In this document: in pieces, positions 28,617 through 36,711 of the stretch
Layout of the letters: each line of letters opens with the position of its first letter
Numbering within the stretch: the first letter of the stretch is position 1
Source of the DNA: an uncultured Gammaproteobacteria bacterium
Lineage (GTDB): Bacteria > Pseudomonadota > Gammaproteobacteria > Pseudomonadales > UBA5518
NCBI GenBank assembly: GCA_903938575.1
Contig: CAJADV010000404.1
Span: 1 to 44,045 of the forward strand
Direction of reading: 5' to 3'
Length of the DNA: 44,045 nt
Made by a program: the position numbers and the translations under genes
Notes under the pieces: generated by a model
Told to the model about the DNA's origin: nothing
The model's database searches: none
The model's input: the letters and a program-made list of their open reading frames with translations, nothing else

Positions 28617-29878
28617 GGGCTGGCCGACGGACGCCAGTCTGGCTTGGCGAACAGGAACTGCGCCGTGCTGATCGCCCGCTCACGGAAGCCGCCCTCGCAG
28701 TACGCGAAGTAGTAATCCCAGAGACGCACGAAGTCCTCGCTGTAGCCGAGACTGCGGATTTTTTGAACGCCGGCGCTGAAACGCTGGCGCCACGCCTCGA
28801 GGGTGCGCGCGTAGTCCTGCGTGATATCGCGGAGATCCAGCAGTTGCATGTCGCTGCGCTGTGCGACTTGCTTCAGGATTTCGGCGGTGCAGGGCAGAAA
28901 GCCACCGGGAAAGATGTAACGCTGGATGAAGTCCACGTTACCCAGGGCGCGACTGTAGCGCTGGTCTGGAATGAGGATCGACTGCAGCACCATCAATCCT
29001 TCGGGCTTCAGCAGCTTGCTGCAGGTCTCGAAGTAGGCGGGTAGGTAGCTGTGGCCGACAGCCTCGATCATCTCGATGGAAACCAGCTTGTCGAACTGCC
29101 CCTCGAGGTCACGGTAGTCTTTGAGTAGTACTGTCACGCGGTCCGCGAGCCCGGCGGCCGCGATGCGCTTCAGGGCATATTCCTGCTGTTCGCGCGAGAT
29201 GGTGGTCGTGGTCACGCGGCAGCCGTAGCGGCTCGCGGCATGCAGTGCCATGCCACCCCAGCCGGTGCCGATTTCCACCAGGTGGTCGCTCGTTTTCAGT
29301 TCGAGTTTCTGGCAAATGCGGTCCAGCTTGGCGAGCGAGGCTTCCTCTAGTGAGGCGCGGTCGTGCGGGAACAGCGCCGAGGAATACATCATGGTCGGAT
29401 CGAGGAACTGCTCGAACATCTCGTTGCCGAGGTCGTAGTGAGCCTCGATGTTGCGCCGTGAACCATCGCGGCTGTTGCGCTTAAGTGTGTGCAGGATGCG
29501 CAGCGCCATGCGATCGAAAAAAGACGATGCATCATCCAGTCGATTCAGTACCTCGACGTTTGCGGCCATGAGCCGGGTCAGCTGCACGAGATCGGGGCTG
29601 CTCCATTGGCCTCGGACCCAGGACTCTGCCGCTCCCACGCTGCCACTGGCCGCAAGCGCTTGGTAGAAGCCTTCATGGTGCACGCGGATATGGGCGTCCA
29701 GTTCGGGACGTGCTTGTCCGGAGCCGGCTACGTGGCTGCCATCGGCATCCTCTATGACCAGGCGTCCCGCAGGCAGTGCAGCGATACGTTTGAGCATGCG
29801 ATCCCGTGTGATGCGGGCTGCCCAGCCCGGCTTGGCAACGCCGACATCTTGTTGGAATTCGCGGGCTGCAGAGTTCAT
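28613..29878 (-). CDS. cfa: Cyclopropane-fatty-acyl-phospholipid synthase family methyltransferase (UfaM/CfaS-like)
   Basis: HYDLGNE, DPTMMYSSA, EIGTGWG, SIEMIEAVG, FIQRYIFPGG and YCEGGF motifs. Confidence 0.9.
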   Translation of the reverse strand: MNSAAREFQQDVGVAKPGWAARITRDRMLKRIAALPAGRLVIEDADGSHVAGSGQARPELDAHIRVHHEGFYQALAASGSVGAAESWVRGQWSSPDLVQLTRLMAANVEVLNRLDDASSFFDRMALRILHTLKRNSRDGSRRNIEAHYDLGNEMFEQFLDPTMMYSSALFPHDRASLEEASLAKLDRICQKLELKTSDHLVEIGTGWGGMALHAASRYGCRVTTTTISREQQEYALKRIAAAGLADRVTVLLKDYRDLEGQFDKLVSIEMIEAVGHSYLPAYFETCSKLLKPEGLMVLQSILIPDQRYSRALGNVDFIQRYIFPGGFLPCTAEILKQVAQRSDMQLLDLRDITQDYARTLEAWRQRFSAGVQKIRSLGYSEDFVRLWDYYFAYCEGGFRERAISTAQFLFAKPDWRPSASP

Positions 29879-30651
29879 CAGAGGGTCTCCTTGTCAGTCG
29901 TCAGCGGTGCGCTTGGGTGAGCATGGAAAGGAACGCGTTTAAGGAAAAGCCGGAGCGCCTCCCAGTAGATCGCGCCGGCGATTTTAAGGCTGATCAGCGG
30001 GAATCGAAGCAGCAGCAGCCTCGCCAAGGCCGCGCGGTTGATGGGCTCACGACGCAGGCTCAGAGTGGCATCGAAAACCCGGCTGCCATTCATATGGTTC
30101 TCGAGGTGAATGCCGAGATGTTCCTGCGGCGCGCGGCTGGTCCATCGGTAGCGCATGGTCATCGGGTTGAAGGGTGATACGTGCATCTGCTTGTCGAAGC
30201 TCGCATGGAGCAGGCTGGAGCCTTGCTGCGCGGGCAACACGTAGGCGTGATGCTCGCCCCAGGGGGTGTTGGTGACCTCGGCCACCACGGCTGCCAGTGT
30301 CGTGCCATCGGCTTCGTAGCAGTAGTAGCAGGCGATCGGGTTCATCAGCACGCCGAAGTAGCGCAGGTTTGCGAGCAGCATCACGGGGCCTGTGGGCTGC
30401 TCGCCGGTACGCTGGGCCACGAGTTCGCGCACGCAGTCGGCCAGGGGGCGGGCCGGGTCACCCAGGAAATCGCGCCTGCGGAACCAGCCCGGCGCCGGTT
30501 TTTTCGATGACCACAGCCAGGATCCACGGAACAGGGTGTCGAGTTTTTCGAGATCGAGAAAAAGCATGCAGAGTTGGTAACGGAACGCGTGGCCTGTGGG
30601 CGTGAATCGCCGGTGCCGTACCTGTCCGGTGTAGATCGCCGGGGCAATCAC
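29878..30651 (-). CDS. DUF1365 family protein (UfaO-like)
   Basis: GQVRHRRFTP, LRYFGVLMNP, AEVTNTPWGE, KQMHVSPF and IYWEALRL motifs. Confidence 0.88.
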   Translation of the reverse strand: MIAPAIYTGQVRHRRFTPTGHAFRYQLCMLFLDLEKLDTLFRGSWLWSSKKPAPGWFRRRDFLGDPARPLADCVRELVAQRTGEQPTGPVMLLANLRYFGVLMNPIACYYCYEADGTTLAAVVAEVTNTPWGEHHAYVLPAQQGSSLLHASFDKQMHVSPFNPMTMRYRWTSRAPQEHLGIHLENHMNGSRVFDATLSLRREPINRAALARLLLLRFPLISLKIAGAIYWEALRLFLKRVPFHAHPSAPLTTDKETL

Positions 30652-31898
30652 CACTGCACTCCGAGTTCCTGCGCGACGCGAACGGCACTGCTCACGCCGT
30701 CCTCGTGGAAGCCGTTGCCCCACCAGGCCCCGCAATACCAGGTCCTGTCGGTGCCGTTTATCTCGCGCCAGCGCTGCTGGGCGCTGACTGCCTCGACGCT
30801 GTACACAGGGTGGCTATAGCGGAAGCGTCCCAGAATTTTCGAAGAATCGATGTTTACGCTGTCGTTCAGCGTTACACAGAAGGTGTGCGGCGACTCGATG
30901 CGCTGCAGGATGTTCATGTCGTAGCTGAGAACGGGCAGTTCATCGGCGCCGTCGCGTATGCGGTAGTTCCAGCTCGACCAAGCAAGCCGGCGCCGCGGCA
31001 GCACGGAGGTGTCGTTGTGCAGGATCACGTCATTGGCTCGATACGCAATGGCCCCAAGCACACCCTGTTCCGCGGCGGAAGGTGTCTCCAGCAAGGATAA
31101 CGATTGGTCGCTGTGGCAGGCCAGCACCAGCTGGTCAAAGCGGCCTGCCTCGCCTGCCCGGGTCTGCACGTCCACGCCATCCTGGTCGCGCCGGATGCGC
31201 GTCACGGGATCCGCAGTGCGCATGGAGCCGGCGAAGGCGCGGGTGATCGGTTCGAGATAGCTCCTCGATCCACCGACCAGCGTGCGCCACTGGGGCCGGT
31301 TGGTGACGGCCAGCAGACCGTGGTTGCGGAAGAAGCGAATGAAGAACTCCACCGGGAAAGCATCCATGGCGCGCGTTCCGGATGACCAGATGGCCGCCCC
31401 CATGGGCACCAGGTACCAGTCGCGAAATTCGGACGAATACCCCCCGGCCCGCAGGTAGTCACCGAGTTGCATGCCGGGGCTGAGGCGATTTTCATCCAGA
31501 TCCTGTTGTGATTCCCGGTTGAACCGGAGGATATCCCGCAGCATCCGCCAGTAGCCGGGACGCAGGAGGTTGGCGCGCTGGGCAAACAGGGTGTTGAGGT
31601 TCGAGCCCGCATACTCCAGGCCAGCCGTGTCATGGCTGACGCTGAACGTCATGTCGGTGGGCTGTGAGTTAACGCCAAGCTCCGCCAAGAGGCGAATGAA
31701 GTTGGGGTAGGTGCGATCGTTATACACAATGAACCCGGTGTCGATGGCGTAATCCCGACCATCCAGACGTACGTCCACGGTGGCGGTATGGCCTCCGATT
31801 CTGGACTCGGACTCAAACACCACGACCTCATGGCGGCGGGCGAGCAGCCATGCTGCAGTCAGCCCGGCGATGCCCGAGCCGACGATGGCGATTCTCAT
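30648..31898 (-). CDS. FAD-dependent oxidoreductase (amine-oxidase-like; UfaD-like fatty acid desaturase)
   Basis: IAIVGSGIAG, GGHTAT, DTGFIVYNDRTYPNF, WSSWNY and GAWWGNGFHEDG motifs. Confidence 0.88.
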   Translation of the reverse strand: MRIAIVGSGIAGLTAAWLLARRHEVVVFESESRIGGHTATVDVRLDGRDYAIDTGFIVYNDRTYPNFIRLLAELGVNSQPTDMTFSVSHDTAGLEYAGSNLNTLFAQRANLLRPGYWRMLRDILRFNRESQQDLDENRLSPGMQLGDYLRAGGYSSEFRDWYLVPMGAAIWSSGTRAMDAFPVEFFIRFFRNHGLLAVTNRPQWRTLVGGSRSYLEPITRAFAGSMRTADPVTRIRRDQDGVDVQTRAGEAGRFDQLVLACHSDQSLSLLETPSAAEQGVLGAIAYRANDVILHNDTSVLPRRRLAWSSWNYRIRDGADELPVLSYDMNILQRIESPHTFCVTLNDSVNIDSSKILGRFRYSHPVYSVEAVSAQQRWREINGTDRTWYCGAWWGNGFHEDGVSSAVRVAQELGVQW

Positions 31899-31941
31899 GG
31901 CTTTCCCTTGGTTTTCGGTCTTATGTACGGCCCGGCGGGTG

Positions 31942-31967
31942 TACGGAGTTTGCGGGTGTGCGGATCA
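31942..31967 (-). promoter_or_regulatory. RpoE(ChrR-type) promoter for the FAD oxidoreductase-DUF1365-cfa-phrB operon
   Basis: Minus strand TGATCC (31967-31962) - N16 - CGTA (31945-31942). Confidence 0.8.
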
Positions 31968-32038
31968 ACCTCCCGAAACAGGACTGTTGCCCGGCGGAGC
32001 CTGCTCCGCAAGGCTTTCGAAGCAATTCGGGGTGGTGT

Positions 32039-32065
32039 TGATCCAGAGAGGGGCGTTGCATCGTA
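32039..32065 (+). promoter_or_regulatory. RpoE autoregulatory promoter for rpoE-chrR
   Basis: TGATCC (32039-32044) - N17 - CGTA (32062-32065). Confidence 0.8.
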
Positions 32066-32094
32066 CACAGGCCAGATACATAGGAAGCACCGGA

Positions 32095-32754
32095 ATGCGT
32101 GGCAAGAGCAGCGTACTGCGATTTCCTCCTCGCCCGGGTTTACAGCCCGGTGCTACCCGTCCATCATTGACCGGGATGAATCAAGTTGTTGCCTTTGAGC
32201 GTGAGCTGGACCCTTGGACCCTTCGACTCCAAGCGGTTGCTCGCGATCGTGACCGTCAAGCCTATGGCGAACTTTTCCGCCACTTCGCGCCACTTTTAAA
32301 GTCCTTCGCGCTCTCCACCTCCGGCATGTCCTCCAACGCGCTCGCCGAGGAGCTTGTGCAAGAGGTAATGCTGAAGATCTGGAACCGCGCCGCGACCTTT
32401 GATGCGGCCAAGGCCAGTGCCACCACCTGGATCTACACACTGGCGCGCAACTGCCGGATTGACCTGTTGCGGCGCAAGTTCCGCGTGCAGGAAGAGGTCG
32501 ACGTCGACGAGTTGTGGGACTTCGGAACGAATCCCGATGAGCTTCACGACGAGCTCTACCAGAAACGTATCGAAGTCGAGATTCGCGACTCGCTTCGAGC
32601 GCTGCCTATCGAGCAGCGTCAGATCATCGCGAAAGTCTACATGGAGGGAAAATCGCACAGCGAGGTCGCGGAGGAGCTCAGTCTTCCCCTAGGCACCGTG
32701 AAGTCGCGTATCCGTCTTGCCATGAGTAAACTCAAGGTGATGCTGCAACGATGA
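32095..32754 (+). CDS. rpoE: ECF sigma factor RpoE (ChrR-paired, singlet-oxygen response); alternative start 32176
   Basis: AEELVQEVMLKIW, TWIYTLARNCRIDLLR and SHSEVAEELSLPLGTVKSRIRLA motifs; ATGA-coupled to chrR. Confidence 0.9.
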   Translation: MRGKSSVLRFPPRPGLQPGATRPSLTGMNQVVAFERELDPWTLRLQAVARDRDRQAYGELFRHFAPLLKSFALSTSGMSSNALAEELVQEVMLKIWNRAATFDAAKASATTWIYTLARNCRIDLLRRKFRVQEEVDVDELWDFGTNPDELHDELYQKRIEVEIRDSLRALPIEQRQIIAKVYMEGKSHSEVAEELSLPLGTVKSRIRLAMSKLKVMLQR

Positions 32755-33416
32755 ATCCAAAGTCTACCCCGCAATTCCATCCCGATCAGTTCATGCTGGC
32801 TGACTATGCGGCGGGCACTTTGCCCGGTGCAGTGGCGTTGCCTTTGGTGGTGCATCTCGAGCACTGCGGGCAATGTCGCTCCGAGACGCAGCAGCTGGAG
32901 GAAGTCGGCGCCCGGTTGTTCGAGGGCCTCGATCCCGTGCCCGTGAATGAGGATGCACTGGAGCAATTGATTCTTCGTCTCGAAGACGACAGTGTGCAAC
33001 CGGCGCTCGGTGCCATTCCTGTGCGTTCCGGACTTCCCCGCGTTCTGCAGGGGTTGGTGCCCGATGGACTCGATGCCTTGGCGTGGAAGCGGATTGGTTC
33101 GCTCCGGTCGTCCCGTTTGCATTTCGGTGATCCTCGCCGGGAGGTCGCGCTCCAGCACATTTCCGCTGGTGGCAAGGTGCCGCAACACGGTCACCGGGGT
33201 ACCGAGATCACCGTGGTGATTCACGGTAGTTTCTCTGACCAGGACGGCTGCTACCGGCCTGGTGATTTCCTGATGCGAGGTCCTGATGACGCACACCGCC
33301 CGGTTGCAGCACAGGATGGCGATTGCCTGTGCCTAGCCGTGCTTGACGCGCCACTCAGGTTCCAGGGGCTGCTGGGTCGTATCGTCAACCCGTTCCTGAA
33401 AATCCGTCCCCGCTGA
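32751..33416 (+). CDS. chrR: Anti-sigma factor ChrR (ZAS + cupin)
   Basis: HP...LADYAAG, HLEHCGQC zinc motif; cupin PQHGHRGTEITVVIHGSFSD. Confidence 0.92.
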   Translation: MNPKSTPQFHPDQFMLADYAAGTLPGAVALPLVVHLEHCGQCRSETQQLEEVGARLFEGLDPVPVNEDALEQLILRLEDDSVQPALGAIPVRSGLPRVLQGLVPDGLDALAWKRIGSLRSSRLHFGDPRREVALQHISAGGKVPQHGHRGTEITVVIHGSFSDQDGCYRPGDFLMRGPDDAHRPVAAQDGDCLCLAVLDAPLRFQGLLGRIVNPFLKIRPR

Positions 33417-33445
33417 CAACGTTGTGAAAATGCGGGCAGGGTGAC

Positions 33446-34900
33446 TCAGCCGAAGAGCCCCTGGGCGAACCACTCGCCACTTGCTCTTTCGCGGAACACC
33501 CATAGCAGTGTGCCGCTGCCATGTCTGCCGATGAAATAGTCGCGTCGCTGCGGCTCACCCCACCAATTGCTGTCGATGCGCTCTGGCCCCGAGATCAGGT
33601 CTATCGGGCCATTCCAATCCGGTTGTGCCTCGGTTCCCCCGAGTCTTGTGGGTTGCCGTAACAGCCAGCAGGGCCGTTGCATCCAGGTGCTGGTGCCTGC
33701 ATGCGCGGCGGGTTCGTGTACGCCGTTCCAGGCTTGCTCGGGCAGGGTTGCATCCGCGAGGTACAGACCGTGTACCCGGTCCATGCCGAGCCGCAGTCGC
33801 AGGCGATCCAGCAGTAACCGTTCGGCCTCGCCACCGTCGCTCGACTCCTCTGCAAAGAGGCTGTTGATCTTTCCCTCCAGCGCTGCTGTTTCCAGGCAGG
33901 CAAGTCCGAGGGATTCCGTGGCCTCTGCAAGGCGCAGTCCCTCCAGCGCGAGTCGCGTGAGGTCCAGTAACGCATCGGTGCGATGCTGCTGTAGCGAGCA
34001 CGCCACAGGCAGTATCCGAAGTTCGCCGTGTGCCACACCCAATCGCCACTCGAGCCGCTGGCAGTAGAGCTGGCGGCGCTCCAGAAAACGCCCCATGTCG
34101 GCGAGAAGCCGCCGGGCCGGGAACAACAGCATGTTGGCGTTGCAGACCGGCTCAAGGAAGTGGAGGGTGCTTTCGAAGCGATCGCGTGGGCGGTGCGTGC
34201 AACGCGGGTCATGGCTATGGCCTGCGAGCCGCTGGAGGTAATCCGGGAATGCCTTCCCGAAGCGTCGGCCCAGTGCCGCCCGCGGCAGCGCGAGCAACTC
34301 GCCTATCCGTGTGAAGCCCATGCGCTGCATCGTGAGTTGCTGCTTTTCGGGCGCAGCGAGCAGTTCTACAGGCAGTTTCCCCAGCATTTTCTGGAAGGCA
34401 TCGGGCTCGTTTTGGAGTTGCCATGGCGGTAATGCCACGGCGTTGCAGGGCAGGGCACGAGCCATCAACTCTGCTCCTGATGGCGTGGGTCCCAGTCCGC
34501 AGCACACCTTGTGCCGGCGTGCCGCCAGATCTGCCTCCATCACGCCGAGCAGCGCAGCCTCACCGTGGAACAGCCGCAGGCTTGCGCCTATTTCGAGCAG
34601 CAGGCGATCGGGAGGTGAGACGCAGACCTGCGAGCTGAAGTTGCAGGCCCAGTCGGCGAGCGCGATCAGTGTGGCGGCTTCGTGTGCAGGTTCGCGCTCG
34701 CGCAGCCTGAGCGAGCCTGAGAGCGCCTGTGCCGTGCTCGCCGACATGCCTGGACGAATGCCGAGCGCTGCAGCGGAGTCGTTTGCTGCGCAGACGCGGT
34801 GCCGTTCCGTCACGGCAAGCGGTGGATCCGTGTCGGGTGGCCCTGCAAGGCTGAACACCTCCAGCGGCAACTGCGTGAAATGCAGGCACAACCAGAGCAT
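33446..34900 (-). CDS. imuB: Y-family DNA polymerase-like protein ImuB
   Basis: MLWLCLHF, LLLEIGASLRLF, LPRAALGRRFG; C-terminal RPCWLL...GPERIDSNWW...RRDYF...WFAQGLFG. Confidence 0.88.
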   Translation of the reverse strand: MLWLCLHFTQLPLEVFSLAGPPDTDPPLAVTERHRVCAANDSAAALGIRPGMSASTAQALSGSLRLREREPAHEAATLIALADWACNFSSQVCVSPPDRLLLEIGASLRLFHGEAALLGVMEADLAARRHKVCCGLGPTPSGAELMARALPCNAVALPPWQLQNEPDAFQKMLGKLPVELLAAPEKQQLTMQRMGFTRIGELLALPRAALGRRFGKAFPDYLQRLAGHSHDPRCTHRPRDRFESTLHFLEPVCNANMLLFPARRLLADMGRFLERRQLYCQRLEWRLGVAHGELRILPVACSLQQHRTDALLDLTRLALEGLRLAEATESLGLACLETAALEGKINSLFAEESSDGGEAERLLLDRLRLRLGMDRVHGLYLADATLPEQAWNGVHEPAAHAGTSTWMQRPCWLLRQPTRLGGTEAQPDWNGPIDLISGPERIDSNWWGEPQRRDYFIGRHGSGTLLWVFRERASGEWFAQGLFG

Positions 34901-34905
34901 GGCGG

Positions 34906-35688
34906 TCAGTGCAGGGCTGGCTGCTGCGGCCCGGATGCGGGCGGCGGGTTGTGTGTGTCCATGGGCAGCTCCGCTTCATCATCACGCTTGACGGTGTTCC
35001 CGCGTACGATCACCGGCATCAGTGCCGGCATTACCCGGTGTGCCAACAGCTGGGAGGGGCGACCGAGCAGAATGCGCTGTCCGGCGCGCCCACCGCGCTG
35101 TTTGAGAATCTCGAGGGTCAGTCCCGCGGTTTCGTGCTGGAGCTGGATCCGCAAGGCTGCCGGCGATACCAGGCTTGCGCCGGCGCAATCCCGGAACAGG
35201 AAAACCGGCCCACGCGCATGACGCGCGGCAATCTGCAGGCGGCGCAGGGCGGTGTAACCCGCGGCGCCGCGACCATCAGGCAACCAGCCGAGCAGGCACC
35301 CGCAGGCGCCAGAGCGCAGTATCTGCTCCATACTCCAGAACAGCTCCCCGGGTTGTTCCGGCGTGAGCACCACCAGTCGTTCCAGCCTGAGGCCTAGCGC
35401 ATGCAGGGCGGGTGCGTAGGGGATGTGGGGCGGTGCTACAAAAAAGATCCGCTGAACCCCGTGTGAGAGGTGTGCAAGCGCGGGTGCGATCAGCTGCATC
35501 TCGCCAATACCACAGCTCGTTGCCAGCAGTTCGGTCAAGGCAGCGCGGGGCCAGCCACCCTGATGCAGCGCCGCATCGAGCGCCGGGTGCCCGCTTGGCA
35601 GGCAGTGGTGTGGCTCGTTGGCGGGCGCATGGCGTCCGGATTGCCAGATGTCGGGGCGGGCGAGGATGCTGAGCAGGGAATCGGACAT
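34906..35688 (-). CDS. imuA: Translesion synthesis protein ImuA (RecA/SulA-like); alternative start 35694
   Basis: PSGHPALDAALHQGGWPRAALTELL, PPHIPYAPAL, LRRLQIAA and SPAALRI...ILKQRGG motifs. Confidence 0.88.
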   Translation of the reverse strand: MSDSLLSILARPDIWQSGRHAPANEPHHCLPSGHPALDAALHQGGWPRAALTELLATSCGIGEMQLIAPALAHLSHGVQRIFFVAPPHIPYAPALHALGLRLERLVVLTPEQPGELFWSMEQILRSGACGCLLGWLPDGRGAAGYTALRRLQIAARHARGPVFLFRDCAGASLVSPAALRIQLQHETAGLTLEILKQRGGRAGQRILLGRPSQLLAHRVMPALMPVIVRGNTVKRDDEAELPMDTHNPPPASGPQQPALH

Positions 35689-35697
35689 ACGCATTGA

Positions 35698-35717
35698 TAC
35701 TGTAAATACATACAGTA
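35698..35717. promoter_or_regulatory. LexA (SOS) box
   Basis: TACTGTAAATACATACAGTA = CTGT-N8-ACAG with TA flanks, directly upstream of imuA. Confidence 0.92.
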
Positions 35718-35828
35718 GTTTCTTGCCATTGCCTCTGCTTGTAAAGGAGCTTGTTCCTGGCTGTGTCCAGGCCTTCTGCAACCTACAATGGGCTTCGTCG
35801 CCAATTTCCCCTGCCGAGGACGCTACCC

Positions 35829-36455
35829 ATGCGCCAGCAATTCATCACGATGCTCGAAATGCAGGAGCGGATGAACCGCAAGGTCCACCCCGACTGGATC
35901 AAGCAGAATTTTGCCTGGCACCGGGCGCTGTGGATCGAGTGTGGCGAGTTGATCGAGCACCATGGCTACAAGTGGTGGAAAAAGCAGGAGCCGGCCTGGG
36001 GGCATGTTCGTCTCGAGCTGGTCGACATCTGGCACTTCGGCATGAGCATGTGCTTCGACGGCAGCAACACCCCCGGCCAGATTGCAGACCAGATGCTTGA
36101 TCAGCTTGCGCTTGAGCGCCCTGCCGGTGTTCCCCTGCTGGAGGCGGTTGAGGCTCTCGCCACCGACGTTCTCGTCCGGCGCTGTTTTTCCGTGGTCCGT
36201 TTCTGGACCGCCATGGAGGCTGCAGGTCTTGACAGCGACAGTCTGTTTACGGCCTATGTGGGCAAAAACGTGCTCAATTTTTTCCGTCAGGATCATGGCT
36301 ACAAGGATGGTAGTTACCACAAGCAGTGGGACGGTCGGGAGGACAACGAGCACTTGAGTGAGTTGCTCGAACAGCTTGACAGACATGATTCGGCGTTCCC
36401 GGAGCGGCTTTATGCGGCACTCGAAGAGCGCTACCGGCAAGTCGCTGTCACTTGA
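35829..36455 (+). CDS. Dimeric (all-alpha) dUTP diphosphatase
   Basis: MLEMQERMN, ECGELIEHHGYKWWKKQ, LELVDIWHFGMS and YVGKNVLNFFRQDHGYKDGSY..W.GREDNE motifs. Confidence 0.88.
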   Translation: MRQQFITMLEMQERMNRKVHPDWIKQNFAWHRALWIECGELIEHHGYKWWKKQEPAWGHVRLELVDIWHFGMSMCFDGSNTPGQIADQMLDQLALERPAGVPLLEAVEALATDVLVRRCFSVVRFWTAMEAAGLDSDSLFTAYVGKNVLNFFRQDHGYKDGSYHKQWDGREDNEHLSELLEQLDRHDSAFPERLYAALEERYRQVAVT

Positions 36456-36469
36456 CCCGCTCATGCTGG

Positions 36470-36694
36470 TTATGCACACCTCAGTTGCTACTGGGGAGAA
36501 GCGTGTAAAAACGAAACAATTTTGTCATGTTGATTCATTTTGACTTTAAGATGATGCTGTAACAAATTGATTAAAAAGGATAATATGGGAATTGTACATT
36601 TTGTGACCAATCCGTCTCAGGGCCAGCAGGAGCACGGACCCGGGCAGCATACTCAGATCTTATCCTCATACTTATCCACAGAAATTGTGGACAA
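36470..36694. promoter_or_regulatory. DnaA-box cluster with IHF and Fis consensus sites (DARS-like element)
   Basis: TTATGCACA 36470-78; IHF AATCAATTTGTTA (minus strand, 36560-72); Fis-like GTACATTTTGTGACC 36594-608; triplet TTATCCTCA 36660-68, TTATCCACA 36672-80, TGTGGACAA 36686-94; AT-rich background. Confidence 0.72.
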
Positions 36695-36711
36695 CTCCCT
36701 GGCGTTTCGGG

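Noticed and set aside
36456-36711. Chromosomal origin oriC
   Set aside because: Only about four DnaA boxes, no evident 13-mer unwinding repeats or GATC enrichment, and no dnaA/gidA/rpmH neighbours; the geometry fits a DARS-type element better
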